Source: a bacterium
Lineage (GTDB): Bacteria > UBA8248
Length of the DNA stretch: 64,000 bases
Assembly: GCA_965207065.1 (NCBI GenBank)
Contig: OZ242260.1
Span: 2,112,001 to 2,176,000 of the forward strand
Reading direction: 5' to 3'
The notes under the pieces were generated by a model. That model was given only the letters and a program-made list of their open reading frames with translations, ran no database searches and was not told the DNA's origin. Below are positions 1 through 10,200 of this stretch, piece after piece. The number at the start of each line of letters is the position of its first letter. The stretch's first letter is position 1. The translations under genes were made by a program, and so were the position numbers.

Positions 1-29
1 GCTTAGAGCCGGGCGAGAAAAGATGCTTC

Positions 30-60
30 AGGCTCCACCCTGGCGGGTGGGGCCTTTTTT
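30..60 (+). terminator. Rho-independent terminator of the upstream gene (probably rplT)
   Basis: Hairpin AGGCTCCACCC-TGGC-GGGTGGGGCCT followed by a T run, just after a TAG at 4-6 and before pheS. Confidence 0.7.
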
Positions 61-95
61 GTGTGACCCCCGTAAATTGGAATTGAGGAACGAGC

Positions 96-1208
96 ATGAG
101 CGAAGACCTGCTTGTCAGCATTATCCGTGAATCCTCAAGCGTGTTGTCAGACGCCTGGGCCGCTCGCGACGCGGGCGCGGCCGAGGGAGTGCGCATTCGC
201 TACCTGGGCCGCAAGGGTGGTGAGCTCAATGAGGTGATGCGGGGCCTCAAGGATTTGTCCTCCGATGAGAAGCGCATCGTGGGTCCGCTGGCCAACTCGG
301 TTCGCGCCTACATCGAGGCGAGCGTTTCGGCCATAAAAGAAGATGACAAGGACAAGATAATCGAAGCGCACCGTACCCTCGGCGAGGGCCTGAGAGGCAG
401 GGAAGAGGGTGGCGCATTGGGCGAGATGATCGAGCAAAGGACGAGCGAGTTTCTCGCCGCAGGGGAAGCCGCCGGCACTTCACGCTCGCGGCTCGACCTC
501 ACGATTCCCGGGCGCGCGCCGCTCATCGGTCACGAGCACCCACTCGTGCAGACAATGGAGGATTTGATCGAGGTGCTCACGCGCCTGGGCTATTCCGTGG
601 CCGAAGGCCCCGAGGCGGAACTCGATTACTACAACTTTGAAGCCCTGAACATCCCCAAGGACCACCCCGCGCGCGACATGCAGGATACGTTTTATCTCGC
701 CGGCGACGCTCTTTTGCGCACGCACACCTCGCCTGTGCAGATCCGGGTGATGGAGAACCAGCCGCCGCCTGTGAAGGTCATCGCCCCCGGCAAGGTATTC
801 CGCTGTGACGCGGACGTAACCCATTCTCCCATGTTCCATCAGATCGAAGGCCTCTATGTGGATGAGGGCGTGACGTTCGCCGACTTGAAAGGAACGCTCG
901 AAGCCTTCGTACGCGAAATCTTTGGGCCTGAGTACCGCGTGCGGCTGAGGCCCAGTTTCTTCCCGTTCACCGAGCCGAGCGTCGAGGTGGACATCGCCAG
1001 TGAGTATGTGGCTGGCGGGGAGTGGATGGAGGTTTTGGGCGCAGGCATGGTGGACCCGGCGGTCTTCGAGGCGGTGGGGTATGACCCCGAACGATGGACC
1101 GGATTCGCCTGGGGGCTGGGCGTGGAGCGCATCACCATGCTGCGCTACGGCATCAGCGATATCCGACTTTTCTTTGAAAACGATTTGAGAATGCTGCGGC
1201 AATTCTGA
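96..1208 (+). CDS. pheS: Phenylalanine--tRNA ligase alpha subunit
   Basis: Motifs HPARDMQDTF, LLRTHTSPVQ, HSPMFHQIEG, FPFTEPS, GLGVERITM; RBS GAGGA; adjacent to pheT. Confidence 0.98.
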   Translation: MSEDLLVSIIRESSSVLSDAWAARDAGAAEGVRIRYLGRKGGELNEVMRGLKDLSSDEKRIVGPLANSVRAYIEASVSAIKEDDKDKIIEAHRTLGEGLRGREEGGALGEMIEQRTSEFLAAGEAAGTSRSRLDLTIPGRAPLIGHEHPLVQTMEDLIEVLTRLGYSVAEGPEAELDYYNFEALNIPKDHPARDMQDTFYLAGDALLRTHTSPVQIRVMENQPPPVKVIAPGKVFRCDADVTHSPMFHQIEGLYVDEGVTFADLKGTLEAFVREIFGPEYRVRLRPSFFPFTEPSVEVDIASEYVAGGEWMEVLGAGMVDPAVFEAVGYDPERWTGFAWGLGVERITMLRYGISDIRLFFENDLRMLRQF

Positions 1209-1241
1209 TTATCCTGATTGAACGCGCGATGAGGAACCCCG

Positions 1242-3653
1242 ATGCGGATTAGCCTGGAATGGCTCGCTGATTATATCGACCTGGACCTGGAGGACGCCAA
1301 TCTGCCCGAACGCCTCGCGAACGGGCTTCTGCTCGCGGGTCTGGAAGTCGAGGCGCTCGAGCGGCCCGAGGCGTCGTTCGACGGGCTGGTGGTGGCCGAA
1401 GTCTTGTCCGTGGACCCCCATCCCAACGCGGACAGGCTCAAACTCTGCCGCGTGGCCGATGGCGCGGGAGAGCGCTCCGTGGTTTGTGGCGCGCCCAACG
1501 TCGAGGAGGGACGGCGTGTCGTTTTGGCAAAACCCGGGGTGCGGATGCCGGGGGGGATAAAGGTCGAAGTCGCACGAATTCGCGGCGAGCAGAGTGAGGG
1601 GATGATCTGCTCGGAGCGCGAACTCGGCCTGGGCACGGATCATAGCGGCATCATGGTGCTGAACGAAGAACAGGAAATCGGCGCAGACGCTGCGGAGCTA
1701 CTGGGGCTGAACGATGTGATTTTCGACATCTCGATTACGCCGAACCGCGCGGATTGCCTCTCCGTCCTGGGCGTGGCGCGAGAGGCGGCGGCCCTTCTGG
1801 GAACCTCGCTCAGAGCGCCCGGGATAACAGTTAAAGAGGACGAGAGCACACCCGCGGCTTCTGTCTGCGCAGTGGAGATATGGGACCCGGACAAATGCCC
1901 GCGTTACGCCGCCCGCATCATCCAGGGGGTGGAGATCGGCTCCTCTCCCGGCTGGATGGCGCGGCGTTTGAGGGCGGCAGGAATGCGGCCGATCAACAAT
2001 GTGGTAGACGTGACGAACTATGTAATGCTCTCTCTGGGGCAGCCGCTACACGCGTTCGACTTGCACCGCCTGGCCGAGCACAAAATCATCGTGAGAAGGT
2101 GGGCCGGGAGCGACGGCCCGTTCACAACGCTCGACGGCCAGAAGCGAGAAATGGACGATGAGGACCTCATGATCTGCGACGGTGAAAAGCCCGTCGCTAT
2201 TGGCGGGGTGATGGGGGGGCTCTTCTCCGAGGTGAGCGACGACACCCGCGACATCCTTCTCGAGAGCGCCTATTTCGCGCCCCAGACCATCCGTCGCACC
2301 CGCAGGCGTCTGGGCATGTCTACGGAGGCGTCGTATCGCTTCGAGCGCGGGGTGGACCCCTCGGGCACGGTGCGCGCGGCGGATCTGGCCGCCGAACTCA
2401 TCCGCCAGACGGCGGGAGGCGTCATCGCCCGCGGGGTCGTGGACGCGCATCCGGCGCCGGTTGCGCCAAAGCAGGTGCCGATTCGGGTTTCGCGCGCATC
2501 GAGCCTGCTCGGCGTATCCCTGGACGGCCCCCGGGTAAAGGAAAGCCTTGAATCCTTGGGACTCCTTGTGAGTGATAAAGATGACGGCGTTTTCAGCGTC
2601 GAAGTCCCCACCTTCAGGCCCGACATCGAACGCGAGATCGACCTCATCGAAGAAGTGGCCAGAAGGGTGGGCTACGAGAACATTCCCGCCACCCTGCCGG
2701 CATCGGGAAGCCCTGCCGCAAGACCGACGCGCACCCGCACTCTGGAGCTTCAGGCGCGCCGTATCATGGTGGCAGGCGGGTTCAGCGAGGCGCTCAACTA
2801 CAGCTTTATCAGCAGAGAGTCCCTGCAGAGCATGGGGTGGCGCGATGAGCAGATGGTGGCGCTGCGCAATCCGCTGAGCGGCGAGATGGACGTGCTCAGA
2901 ACAACGCTGGTTGCCGGTTTGCTGGCGAACGTGGCGCACAACCTGAGCCGGGGAGTAGGGGAGATTCGCCTGTTCGAGTTGGGACGCTCGTTTCATCCCG
3001 CGAATGGAGAAGCCTTGCCGGATCAGATGTTGCGGGTGGCCGGCGTCGTAGTGGGGAGCGCGGCCTCTCGGGATGGCGTCTCGCTTCCGGAGGCTTTGTC
3101 TGAAGTCAAAGGGGTGCTCGAACGATTCCTGGAATCCCTGGGGCTGGAGAACCTCCTGTTCGAATCGGTCGACGCCGCTCCGGGCTGGGAACCGTCGGCG
3201 GTTTCGAAGGTTCTGGCCGGTGAGGTGGCGCTCGGCCACGTTGGCTTGGTGGCGCCCGAGGCGCTGGTCACCCGGGATATCGAAACGGGTGTAGCCGCTT
3301 TCGAGATAAATCTCGCCGCTTTGGCCGACATCGACCCCGCCCCTCGTCGCCTGACGCCCTTGCCGAGGTACCCGGCTTCGCTGCGCGATCTGGCGGTCGT
3401 AGTGGATGCCGTGCGGACCAATGGGGAGATCGAGGATGTCATCCACCAGGCGGGTGGAGACTGGCTCGAGTCGGTACATCTGTTCGACGTCTACCAGGAT
3501 GCCGCGCTCAAGGACTCCGGGGAGAAGAGCCTGGCGTATTCGCTTGTTTTCCGTCACCCCGAGGCGACGCTCACCGACGAGCAGGTCAGCGCGGCCTTCG
3601 ATGGAATCGTAGGGGCCTTGAGCGCGCGACTGGGTGCGCGACTTCGCTCGTGA
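1242..3653 (+). CDS. pheT: Phenylalanine--tRNA ligase beta subunit
   Basis: 803 aa; HPNADRL, VCGAPN, ITPNRADCLS, INNVVDVTNY, SYRFERGVD, DLIEEVAR, C-terminal FDX-ACB domain. Confidence 0.98.
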   Translation: MRISLEWLADYIDLDLEDANLPERLANGLLLAGLEVEALERPEASFDGLVVAEVLSVDPHPNADRLKLCRVADGAGERSVVCGAPNVEEGRRVVLAKPGVRMPGGIKVEVARIRGEQSEGMICSERELGLGTDHSGIMVLNEEQEIGADAAELLGLNDVIFDISITPNRADCLSVLGVAREAAALLGTSLRAPGITVKEDESTPAASVCAVEIWDPDKCPRYAARIIQGVEIGSSPGWMARRLRAAGMRPINNVVDVTNYVMLSLGQPLHAFDLHRLAEHKIIVRRWAGSDGPFTTLDGQKREMDDEDLMICDGEKPVAIGGVMGGLFSEVSDDTRDILLESAYFAPQTIRRTRRRLGMSTEASYRFERGVDPSGTVRAADLAAELIRQTAGGVIARGVVDAHPAPVAPKQVPIRVSRASSLLGVSLDGPRVKESLESLGLLVSDKDDGVFSVEVPTFRPDIEREIDLIEEVARRVGYENIPATLPASGSPAARPTRTRTLELQARRIMVAGGFSEALNYSFISRESLQSMGWRDEQMVALRNPLSGEMDVLRTTLVAGLLANVAHNLSRGVGEIRLFELGRSFHPANGEALPDQMLRVAGVVVGSAASRDGVSLPEALSEVKGVLERFLESLGLENLLFESVDAAPGWEPSAVSKVLAGEVALGHVGLVAPEALVTRDIETGVAAFEINLAALADIDPAPRRLTPLPRYPASLRDLAVVVDAVRTNGEIEDVIHQAGGDWLESVHLFDVYQDAALKDSGEKSLAYSLVFRHPEATLTDEQVSAAFDGIVGALSARLGARLRS

Positions 3654-3661
3654 TAGTTTCC

Positions 3662-3690
3662 TTGACACCGCATTTTTCCGAACCTAGAAT
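3662..3690 (+). promoter_or_regulatory. Sigma70-type promoter for the zapB-zapA operon
   Basis: TTGACA (3662-3667), 17 nt spacer, TAGAAT (3685-3690). Confidence 0.75.
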
Positions 3691-3749
3691 TATTTCCACG
3701 CATCATCGAAACTCATTTCTTGTCTTGCGCCCGTGGAAAGAGTGTCCGA

Positions 3750-4004
3750 ATGGTCATTGATAAATTAAACGCGCTCGAAACAGCGCTCTCGAATCTTTTG
3801 GAGGAACGCGACTCTCTCAGGCGCTCCCGGGCGGAATTGGAGTCGCAACTGCAGAGACTGAGAGAAGAGGCCCGCTCCGATACGGAGTCCGTGCGCGCTC
3901 AGGCCGACGAATTGGCTAAATGCCAGGCGGAAAACGCGCGGCTTCAAAAAGAGCAGGAAGAGGTTCGAGAGCGCGTGGAGAAGATTTTGACGCACATCGA
4001 GTAG
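3750..4004 (+). CDS. zapB: Cell division coiled-coil protein, ZapB-like
   Basis: Short, fully coiled-coil protein directly upstream of zapA; start set at ATG 3750. Confidence 0.7.
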   Translation: MVIDKLNALETALSNLLEERDSLRRSRAELESQLQRLREEARSDTESVRAQADELAKCQAENARLQKEQEEVRERVEKILTHIE

Positions 4005-4046
4005 TTTGACGCAGGTATGCAGGATAGCGGCATAAGGAGACAGCTT

Positions 4047-4325
4047 ATGGCCGGGGAGAATAAATTCGTGGTGGAGATATTTGGTCATTCCCTGAACCTG
4101 AGAAGTTCGGCCAATTCGGAATACACGTTGCAACTCGCCGAATATGTTGATTCTCAAATTCACAAGGTCTCACGCCAGTCGAATGATCCGATAAAGGTCG
4201 TTCTGCTGGCATCGATGAACATCGCCAATGAGTTGTTCGAGCAGAGAAAAGCAAATGAACAAAGCGAGGAAGCCCTCTCGCAGCGCGCTGATTCTCTGTT
4301 GGAGATGGTGAGAAAAGCGGGCTGA
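4047..4325 (+). CDS. zapA: Cell division protein ZapA
   Basis: VEIFGHSLNL...LAEYVDSQI...VVLLASMNIANELF pattern; conserved zapA-6S-ygfA synteny; start at ATG 4047 (alternative 4017). Confidence 0.9.
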   Translation: MAGENKFVVEIFGHSLNLRSSANSEYTLQLAEYVDSQIHKVSRQSNDPIKVVLLASMNIANELFEQRKANEQSEEALSQRADSLLEMVRKAG

Positions 4326-4401
4326 ACAGAAGTTTCTTCCCACGCAATTGCTTTTCCCTGTATTCATCCCCAGGTTTTAGTGTCATAATGCTCTTTTGCT
4401 T

Positions 4402-4581
4402 TGACCCTGCCGTGTTCGTGATGGGGGAAAGCATTTTGACCCAGTACTAATGTACCGGGAGTCCTGCCCCACGGTGGTGAGCTATTCCTCTCGGGGAGTT
4501 CGGCCTAAAGCCATGGACGTGGACGCCCACCTGGCGAAAGCTGGGTTCAAAGCGAACCTCACACGGCACAAGGCGGGGTCA
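4402..4581 (+). ncRNA. ssrS: 6S RNA
   Basis: About 180 nt between zapA and ygfA (canonical locus); 5' end TGACCCTGCCGTGT pairs with 3' ACACGGCA...GGGGTCA; internal TTTGACCCAG/CTGGGTTCAAA stem; extended -10 TGtCATAAT at 4381-4389. Confidence 0.88.
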
Positions 4582-4663
4582 TTATAGATATGGACCTCGA
4601 GTCTGAAGAAGGAATTTCCGCTCCTGCTCATGAAGACTCGGATGTGGCGTTGAAAGAGGATTC

Positions 4664-5281
4664 ATGGCCGAATCATACATGGAGAAACGCGACGTTCGGC
4701 TGAAAATGAAGGAGATGAGAGAACAATTTCCCCCTGCCGAGGCCGGCGTGTTGAGCCGCTTGGCGGGACGGCGCCTGGATGCTTTTCTGGTTTTCATGGG
4801 CGCGCGCAGGGTGGGGATATATGCGGCGGTTCGCGGTGAGATGGATTTCTCGTCGCTCTGGAGTGAAGGCAGCGATGCGAAAAGGACATATTGCTTCCCC
4901 CGGGTAGGGAAAGGTGTTTTGCACTTCTGTCCGGTGAGTCATCCCGAAGCGGAGCTTCAGCCGGGCACGCTTCAAATTCCAGAACCTGTTCGCGATATTT
5001 CTCCCCTGGATGTGAACGAACTTGATGTGGTCGTAATCCCCGGCCTTGCGTTCGATCTGTACGGCGGTCGCCTGGGAACTGGCGGCGGATACTACGATCG
5101 CACTTTTCAGGGGCGCCGAGCCGGCCTGGGAGGGTCCGTCCCTCTTCTGGTGGGCGCTTGTTATGCGTTTCAGTTGCTCGTCGGTAAATCCTGGAAGCAC
5201 GAATCTTGGGATGTCGACGTTGACTGGGTGATAACCGATCGGGGGGCGCTGCGTTGCCTCCCACGTGAATATATGCCCTAG
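4664..5281 (+). CDS. ygfA: 5-formyltetrahydrofolate cyclo-ligase
   Basis: IPEP, DVVVIPGLAFD, GRLGTGGGYYDR; follows 6S RNA. Confidence 0.93.
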   Translation: MAESYMEKRDVRLKMKEMREQFPPAEAGVLSRLAGRRLDAFLVFMGARRVGIYAAVRGEMDFSSLWSEGSDAKRTYCFPRVGKGVLHFCPVSHPEAELQPGTLQIPEPVRDISPLDVNELDVVVIPGLAFDLYGGRLGTGGGYYDRTFQGRRAGLGGSVPLLVGACYAFQLLVGKSWKHESWDVDVDWVITDRGALRCLPREYMP

Positions 5282-5290
5282 GAGGCGGAT

Positions 5291-6874
5291 ATGGATAACG
5301 TGGTTTTGTTGCAGATAGCCGTTGTTGCAGTTGCTGTCGTGTGTGTGGCGGTGTTGTTCAACATGCGGGCGATGAAGCGTCGGCATGAAGAGACGGTGGC
5401 CCGCATGGAGGCGGACGCCGACAAGCGGGTTCAGCAGATCAACGAAAACGCGGCCAAGGAACTCGCGCAGAAAGTTCAGGAGTCACAGGTCGCGCACAAG
5501 GCGGAGTTGCTGCAGGAAAGGGAGCGCATCGAGAGGGAGAACAAATCCCGCGTGGATGAGCTTCAGAAGCTCGAACAAAGGATAAACCAGCGCGATGAAA
5601 CACTCGACAGGCGCCGCGAGAGCCTCGACGGCAAAGAGGCGGCGGTCGAGCGTCGCGAGGCGGATTTGAGCGTAAAGGAACAGGATCTGAAGCGTGAGGA
5701 GGCGCGCTACAAGCAACTCCAGGAAGAAGAAATCAGAAAACTTGAGGAAATTTCCGGCTTAAGCGTCGAGAACGCGAAGAAAGAGCTCATGGAACGATTT
5801 CTGGAGGAGGCGAAACAGGACATCGCCGTCGAGGTGCAGCGCCTCGAGCGCCGGGCGAGGAATACTGTGGAAGCCGATGCGAAACAGGCGCTCGCCCTGG
5901 CTGTGGAGCGCTTCTCCTCAGAGCACGTGGCGGAAAACCTGGTGAGCGTGGTGGATTTACCGACCGATGAGATGAAAGGCCGCATCATCGGCCGCGAGGG
6001 GCGCAACATACGTGCTCTTGAAATGGCGACCGGCGTGGACGTAATCATCGACGATACGCCCGAGGCCGTCGTCGTCTCGGGTTTCGACAAGGTTCGCCGC
6101 GAGACGGCGCGCCTTGCGCTCGAAGCGCTCGTGCAGGACGGGAGAATCCATCCGGGCCGAATCGAGGACATCGTCAACAAGACGAAAAGAGACATCGACT
6201 CCCAGATACGTCGTGCAGGCGAGGAGGCCATCATGGAGCTCGGGGTCGGCGATGTGCATCCCGAACTCGTGAACATGCTGGGTCGGCTCAAATACCGTAC
6301 GAGTTATAGCCAGAACGCGCTCATGCACTCGAAGGAAGTGGCCTATCTGTCCGGAATGCTGGCGGATGAGTTGCGCATCGACCCCACGATGGCGAAACGC
6401 GCCGGTTTGTTTCATGACATCGGGAAGGCGGCGACGCACGAGGTCGAGGGTTCCCACGTCCAGATAGGCTACGACATCGCCAAGCGCTACAACGAACCGC
6501 CCGAGGTATTGAACGCCATTGTTTCCCACCATGAGGACGAGGAGGCGAATTGCATCGAATCCGTCCTGGTGAAGGCGGCCGATACGCTTTCCGCCGCCCG
6601 TCCGGGGGCGAGGCGCGAGATGGTGGAGAGCTACATCAAGCGCCTGGAGGCGCTCGAGAAGATCGCCGAATCGTTCAAGGGCGTGGAGAAGTGCTTCGCC
6701 ATCCAGGCAGGCCGGGAGATCCGCGTGTCGGTCCAGCCCGATGAGATCACCGATTCGCAGGCGACCTTCCTGGCGCGGGACATCGCCAAGAGAATCGAGA
6801 GCGAACGCACGTATCCGGGCGAGATACTCGTGACCGTCATTCGCGAAACCCGCCACATGGCCACTGCGCGTTGA
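5291..6874 (+). CDS. rny: Ribonuclease Y
   Basis: N-terminal TM helix, coiled coil, KH domain (MKGRIIGREGRNIR), HD domain (HDIGKA), SAARPGAR. Confidence 0.97.
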   Translation: MDNVVLLQIAVVAVAVVCVAVLFNMRAMKRRHEETVARMEADADKRVQQINENAAKELAQKVQESQVAHKAELLQERERIERENKSRVDELQKLEQRINQRDETLDRRRESLDGKEAAVERREADLSVKEQDLKREEARYKQLQEEEIRKLEEISGLSVENAKKELMERFLEEAKQDIAVEVQRLERRARNTVEADAKQALALAVERFSSEHVAENLVSVVDLPTDEMKGRIIGREGRNIRALEMATGVDVIIDDTPEAVVVSGFDKVRRETARLALEALVQDGRIHPGRIEDIVNKTKRDIDSQIRRAGEEAIMELGVGDVHPELVNMLGRLKYRTSYSQNALMHSKEVAYLSGMLADELRIDPTMAKRAGLFHDIGKAATHEVEGSHVQIGYDIAKRYNEPPEVLNAIVSHHEDEEANCIESVLVKAADTLSAARPGARREMVESYIKRLEALEKIAESFKGVEKCFAIQAGREIRVSVQPDEITDSQATFLARDIAKRIESERTYPGEILVTVIRETRHMATAR

Positions 6875-6881
6875 GGTAGTC

Positions 6882-7667
6882 TTGAGGCTTCTGTTCGTCG
6901 GAGACGTCACGGGAAAGGTGGGCCGCCGCATGGCCTGCGCCCACCTGGGAGAACTCAGGGAAAAACACGAGGTGGACGTGTGCGTCATCAACGGGGAGAA
7001 CGCGGCCGGTGGCTTCGGGATCAACAACGCGCACGTCGATGAATTGCTCGATGCGGGAGCGGACGTCATCACCTCGGGGAACCACATCTGGAACCGCAAG
7101 GAGACGGCCGATTTCATCTTGCGCGAACCCCGCCTGCTCAGACCCGGGAACTACCCTCCCCGAACGCCGGGCAAGGGTGTCTTCGTCCTTGAATCCGCAA
7201 AAGGAAGCTTCGCCGTCTTGAATCTCATGGGCCGTGTTTTCATGCCGCCCATCGAATGCCCATTCAGAGAAGCCGATGATCTCATCAGGCGGGTGAGCCC
7301 GGAGACGAAAATGATCATGCTCGATTTTCACGCGGAGGCCACGAGCGAGAAGGTGGCCATGGGTTGGCATCTCGACGGCCGCGTGAGCGCTGTCTTCGGC
7401 ACGCATACCCACATTCAGACGGCGGATGAGCGGGTGCTGCCCAAGGGCACGGCCTTCATCACGGACGTCGGTATGACGGGGCCGCGCAACTCCATCATCG
7501 GTATGAAAACGGAGATTGTTCTGGACAAGTTCATATCCGGGATTCCGCGCCGCTTCGAAGTGGCCGGAGGGGAAGGACAGCTCAACGGCGCGCTCGTCGA
7601 GATAGACCCGGATACCGGAAAGGCGCTTTCCATCGAGCGCGTCAAGGTCTTGGAGGGAGAGCGCTAG
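6882..7667 (+). CDS. ymdB: YmdB-like metallophosphoesterase (TIGR00282)
   Basis: GDVTG, NGENAAGG, TSGNH, DFHAEATSEK, GTHTH, TDVGMTG; follows rny; TTG start. Confidence 0.93.
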   Translation: MRLLFVGDVTGKVGRRMACAHLGELREKHEVDVCVINGENAAGGFGINNAHVDELLDAGADVITSGNHIWNRKETADFILREPRLLRPGNYPPRTPGKGVFVLESAKGSFAVLNLMGRVFMPPIECPFREADDLIRRVSPETKMIMLDFHAEATSEKVAMGWHLDGRVSAVFGTHTHIQTADERVLPKGTAFITDVGMTGPRNSIIGMKTEIVLDKFISGIPRRFEVAGGEGQLNGALVEIDPDTGKALSIERVKVLEGER

Positions 7668-7704
7668 CGGTTGCGCCCGTTATCCCTTCATCCCGATGAG
7701 GGTT

Positions 7705-8311
7705 TCAGTGTCCGTTTCTGTGAGCGGATTTTTCGTAGTCGGTGATGGCGAATCTGGAAGGATTCTCTTTGTTGAGAAATCCGAGCAATCGCTTCAGGCG
7801 CCATTCGAGAGATCGCGACCCCAAGGAAGGACTGTTTTTCACGAAGCGGCAGCCTGAGAACCTCGGCAACGGCGAAAGAGAGCCGGAACGGGTCTTCCAG
7901 CAACTCCTCGGGCAAATTCCGGGGCGCCGAGCCGCTTTTTTCGAGAGCTTTCCACACCATTCGGCATAATTCCGTGGGGTCGTCACCTTCCTCGTCATGA
8001 AAATCGCTCACCTCCCCCTCGAAATAGGGCCGGGTGTCATAGACGCGAAAAACCTCGAACCGCTGTTCACCTAGGGTGAGGATGTTCATCCTCCCGTCGG
8101 GAAATTTTTCGAGCACCTGTGTGATGCGGGCCGCGCATCCAATCTTGTGGATACCGCCTTCACCCACCAGAACGACGCCGAAGAGGGCATCAACTTCAAT
8201 GCACTCGCCGATCATGATCTTGTAGCGTTCCTCGAAAATATGCAGGGGCAGTCGCTGTCCCGGCAAGAGTACGACTTGTAGCGGGAACAGGGGCAGGCGA
8301 TAGGTAGTCAT
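7705..8311 (-). CDS. LON peptidase substrate-binding domain protein with an apparent +1 frameshift near 7820
   Basis: MTTYRLPLFPLQVVLLPGQRLPLHIFEERY is the LON N-domain signature; the family-like C-terminus (SLEWRLKRLL...RNGH, stop 7705) lies in another frame after a G4 run; the unshifted frame ends at 7688. Confidence 0.8.
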
Positions 8312-8505
8312 GAGAAAATTGTAGCTTGAATCGCTTGTTTTTGGAATTCGCGAAGAATGAGAGGAGGCGTAACACCCCGCGCAATCGCTCCCTGCAAAGG
8401 TCTTGCAAGCCGCCTCAAGCTGGCCTGATTGCGCGGGAATATGGTAGTTTATTTTCCCTTGAGACCAAGGTGTCATTCGGGTTCTCGCAATTAGGGGGCT
8501 CCACG

Positions 8506-10134
8506 ATGAGTGAGCCGAGCATCGCCATGGCCCAAAGGGCTTGGGGTGAGCGTGCTGAAGAAGAGGGTCGAGCCACACTCTCGGGCATCACGCTACCGGC
8601 GTTTTACGGACCGGAAAAGGTGGATTCGGAAAACCTCGACGAGGAGCCGGGCGCGCATCCCTACACGCGGGGCATCTACGCGAACATGTACCGGGGCAGG
8701 CTCTGGACGATGCGCCAATACGCCGGTTTCGGCAGTGCGCGGGAGAGCAACCACCGCTACCGCTATCTGCTCGATCACGGGCAGATGGGCATTTCCGTGG
8801 CGTTCGATCTGCCCACCCAGATCGGCTACGACCCGGATCATCCCCTGGTATACGGGGAAGTGGGCCGCGTGGGGGTGTCCATCGCCTCCATCGAGGACAT
8901 GGAGGTTCTTTTAGAAGACATCCCTCTGGGCAAGATTTCCACCTCCATGACCATCAACGCCACCGCGCCCATTTTGCTGGCCCTCTACGTCGCGGTGGCG
9001 GAGAAGCGCGGCATTCCCTCCGAGGCGCTCCGGGGAACCGTTCAGAACGACATTTTGAAAGAATACATCTCGCGCGGAACCTACATTTATCCGCCCGAGG
9101 CGAGCCTTCGCCTCATCACCGATACGATATCGTTTTGCAGGGAAAAAGTGCCGAAATGGAACGCTATATCGATCAGCGGCTACCACATCCGCGAGGCGGG
9201 CTCGACCGCGGTTCAGGAAGTCGCCTTTACGCTCGCGAATGCCATTACCTATGTCGAAGCTGCGGTGGAGGCGGGCTTGCACGTAGATGAAATTGGTTCG
9301 CAAATCTCGTTTTTCTTCAACGTTCAAAATCACTTTCTGGAGGAAATCGCAAAGTTCCGCGCCGCGCGCAGGCTTTGGGCGCGGATCATGCGTGAGCGCT
9401 TTGGGGCGCGATCGGAGAAAGCATGCATGCTGCGGTTTCACTCACAGACCGCCGGCAGCGCGCTGACGGCCCAGCAGCCGAAAAACAACGTCGTGCGCGT
9501 CGCTCTTCAGGCGATGGCCGCCGTGCTGGGGGGCACGCAGTCGCTTCACACGAATTCGATGGACGAGGCTCTTTCCCTGCCCACGGAGGATGCAGCGAGG
9601 CTTGCGCTCAGAACCCAGCAGATAATCGCCGAGGAATCGAATGTGCCGAACGTAGCGGACCCGTGCGGGGGGGCGTACGCTATAGAGGCGCTGACGTCCG
9701 ATATTGTCTCCCGGGCGGAAGAGCTGATCCGGCAAATCGACGATACCGGCGGCATGCTCCACGCCATAGAGACAGGGTGGATACAGCACCAGATACAGGA
9801 GAGCGCCTACACCTACCAGCGACTCGTCGATGAGGGAGAAATGGTTGTCGTCGGCGTGAACCGGTTTCAACAGGAAGAAGAATCTCGCATCTCGACGCTC
9901 CAGATTCGCCCGGAGGTCGAGGGAGAGCAAAAAGAGCGCGTCGCCTCGCTGAGGATACGGCGTCACGCCGATCGTACGAGCGAGGCGCTCGACGCCTTGA
10001 GTCACGCGGCCAGGGATGATGACAATCTACTGCCCTACATCCTGAGGGCGGTGAAGGCCGAGGCCACGGTCGGAGAAATCGCGGACACCATGCGCGAGGT
10101 TTTCGGCCTTTATCAACAAGACGTCGCCATCTAA
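8506..10134 (+). CDS. Methylmalonyl-CoA mutase family, large (substrate-binding) subunit
   Basis: [50 protein letters not shown]; no C-terminal DxHxxG cobalamin domain; start ATG 8506 with GGGGG RBS. Confidence 0.93.
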   Translation: MSEPSIAMAQRAWGERAEEEGRATLSGITLPAFYGPEKVDSENLDEEPGAHPYTRGIYANMYRGRLWTMRQYAGFGSARESNHRYRYLLDHGQMGISVAFDLPTQIGYDPDHPLVYGEVGRVGVSIASIEDMEVLLEDIPLGKISTSMTINATAPILLALYVAVAEKRGIPSEALRGTVQNDILKEYISRGTYIYPPEASLRLITDTISFCREKVPKWNAISISGYHIREAGSTAVQEVAFTLANAITYVEAAVEAGLHVDEIGSQISFFFNVQNHFLEEIAKFRAARRLWARIMRERFGARSEKACMLRFHSQTAGSALTAQQPKNNVVRVALQAMAAVLGGTQSLHTNSMDEALSLPTEDAARLALRTQQIIAEESNVPNVADPCGGAYAIEALTSDIVSRAEELIRQIDDTGGMLHAIETGWIQHQIQESAYTYQRLVDEGEMVVVGVNRFQQEEESRISTLQIRPEVEGEQKERVASLRIRRHADRTSEALDALSHAARDDDNLLPYILRAVKAEATVGEIADTMREVFGLYQQDVAI

Positions 10135-10200
10135 AGCGGAACAGGACGTATCTTGCCGCTGTAATTTTGACATCGGTGCGTCATTTGGAGAAATCTACAT

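Noticed and set aside
1-95. T-box or attenuator upstream of pheS
   Set aside because: Only a terminator hairpin is visible; no T-box consensus or Phe-rich leader in the available sequence
2046-3668. 540-aa minus-strand ORF (and similar long antisense ORFs at 5957-7117, 40084-41373 and 52144-53478)
   Set aside because: Shadow frames of well-supported genes in GC-rich DNA; no recognisable motifs
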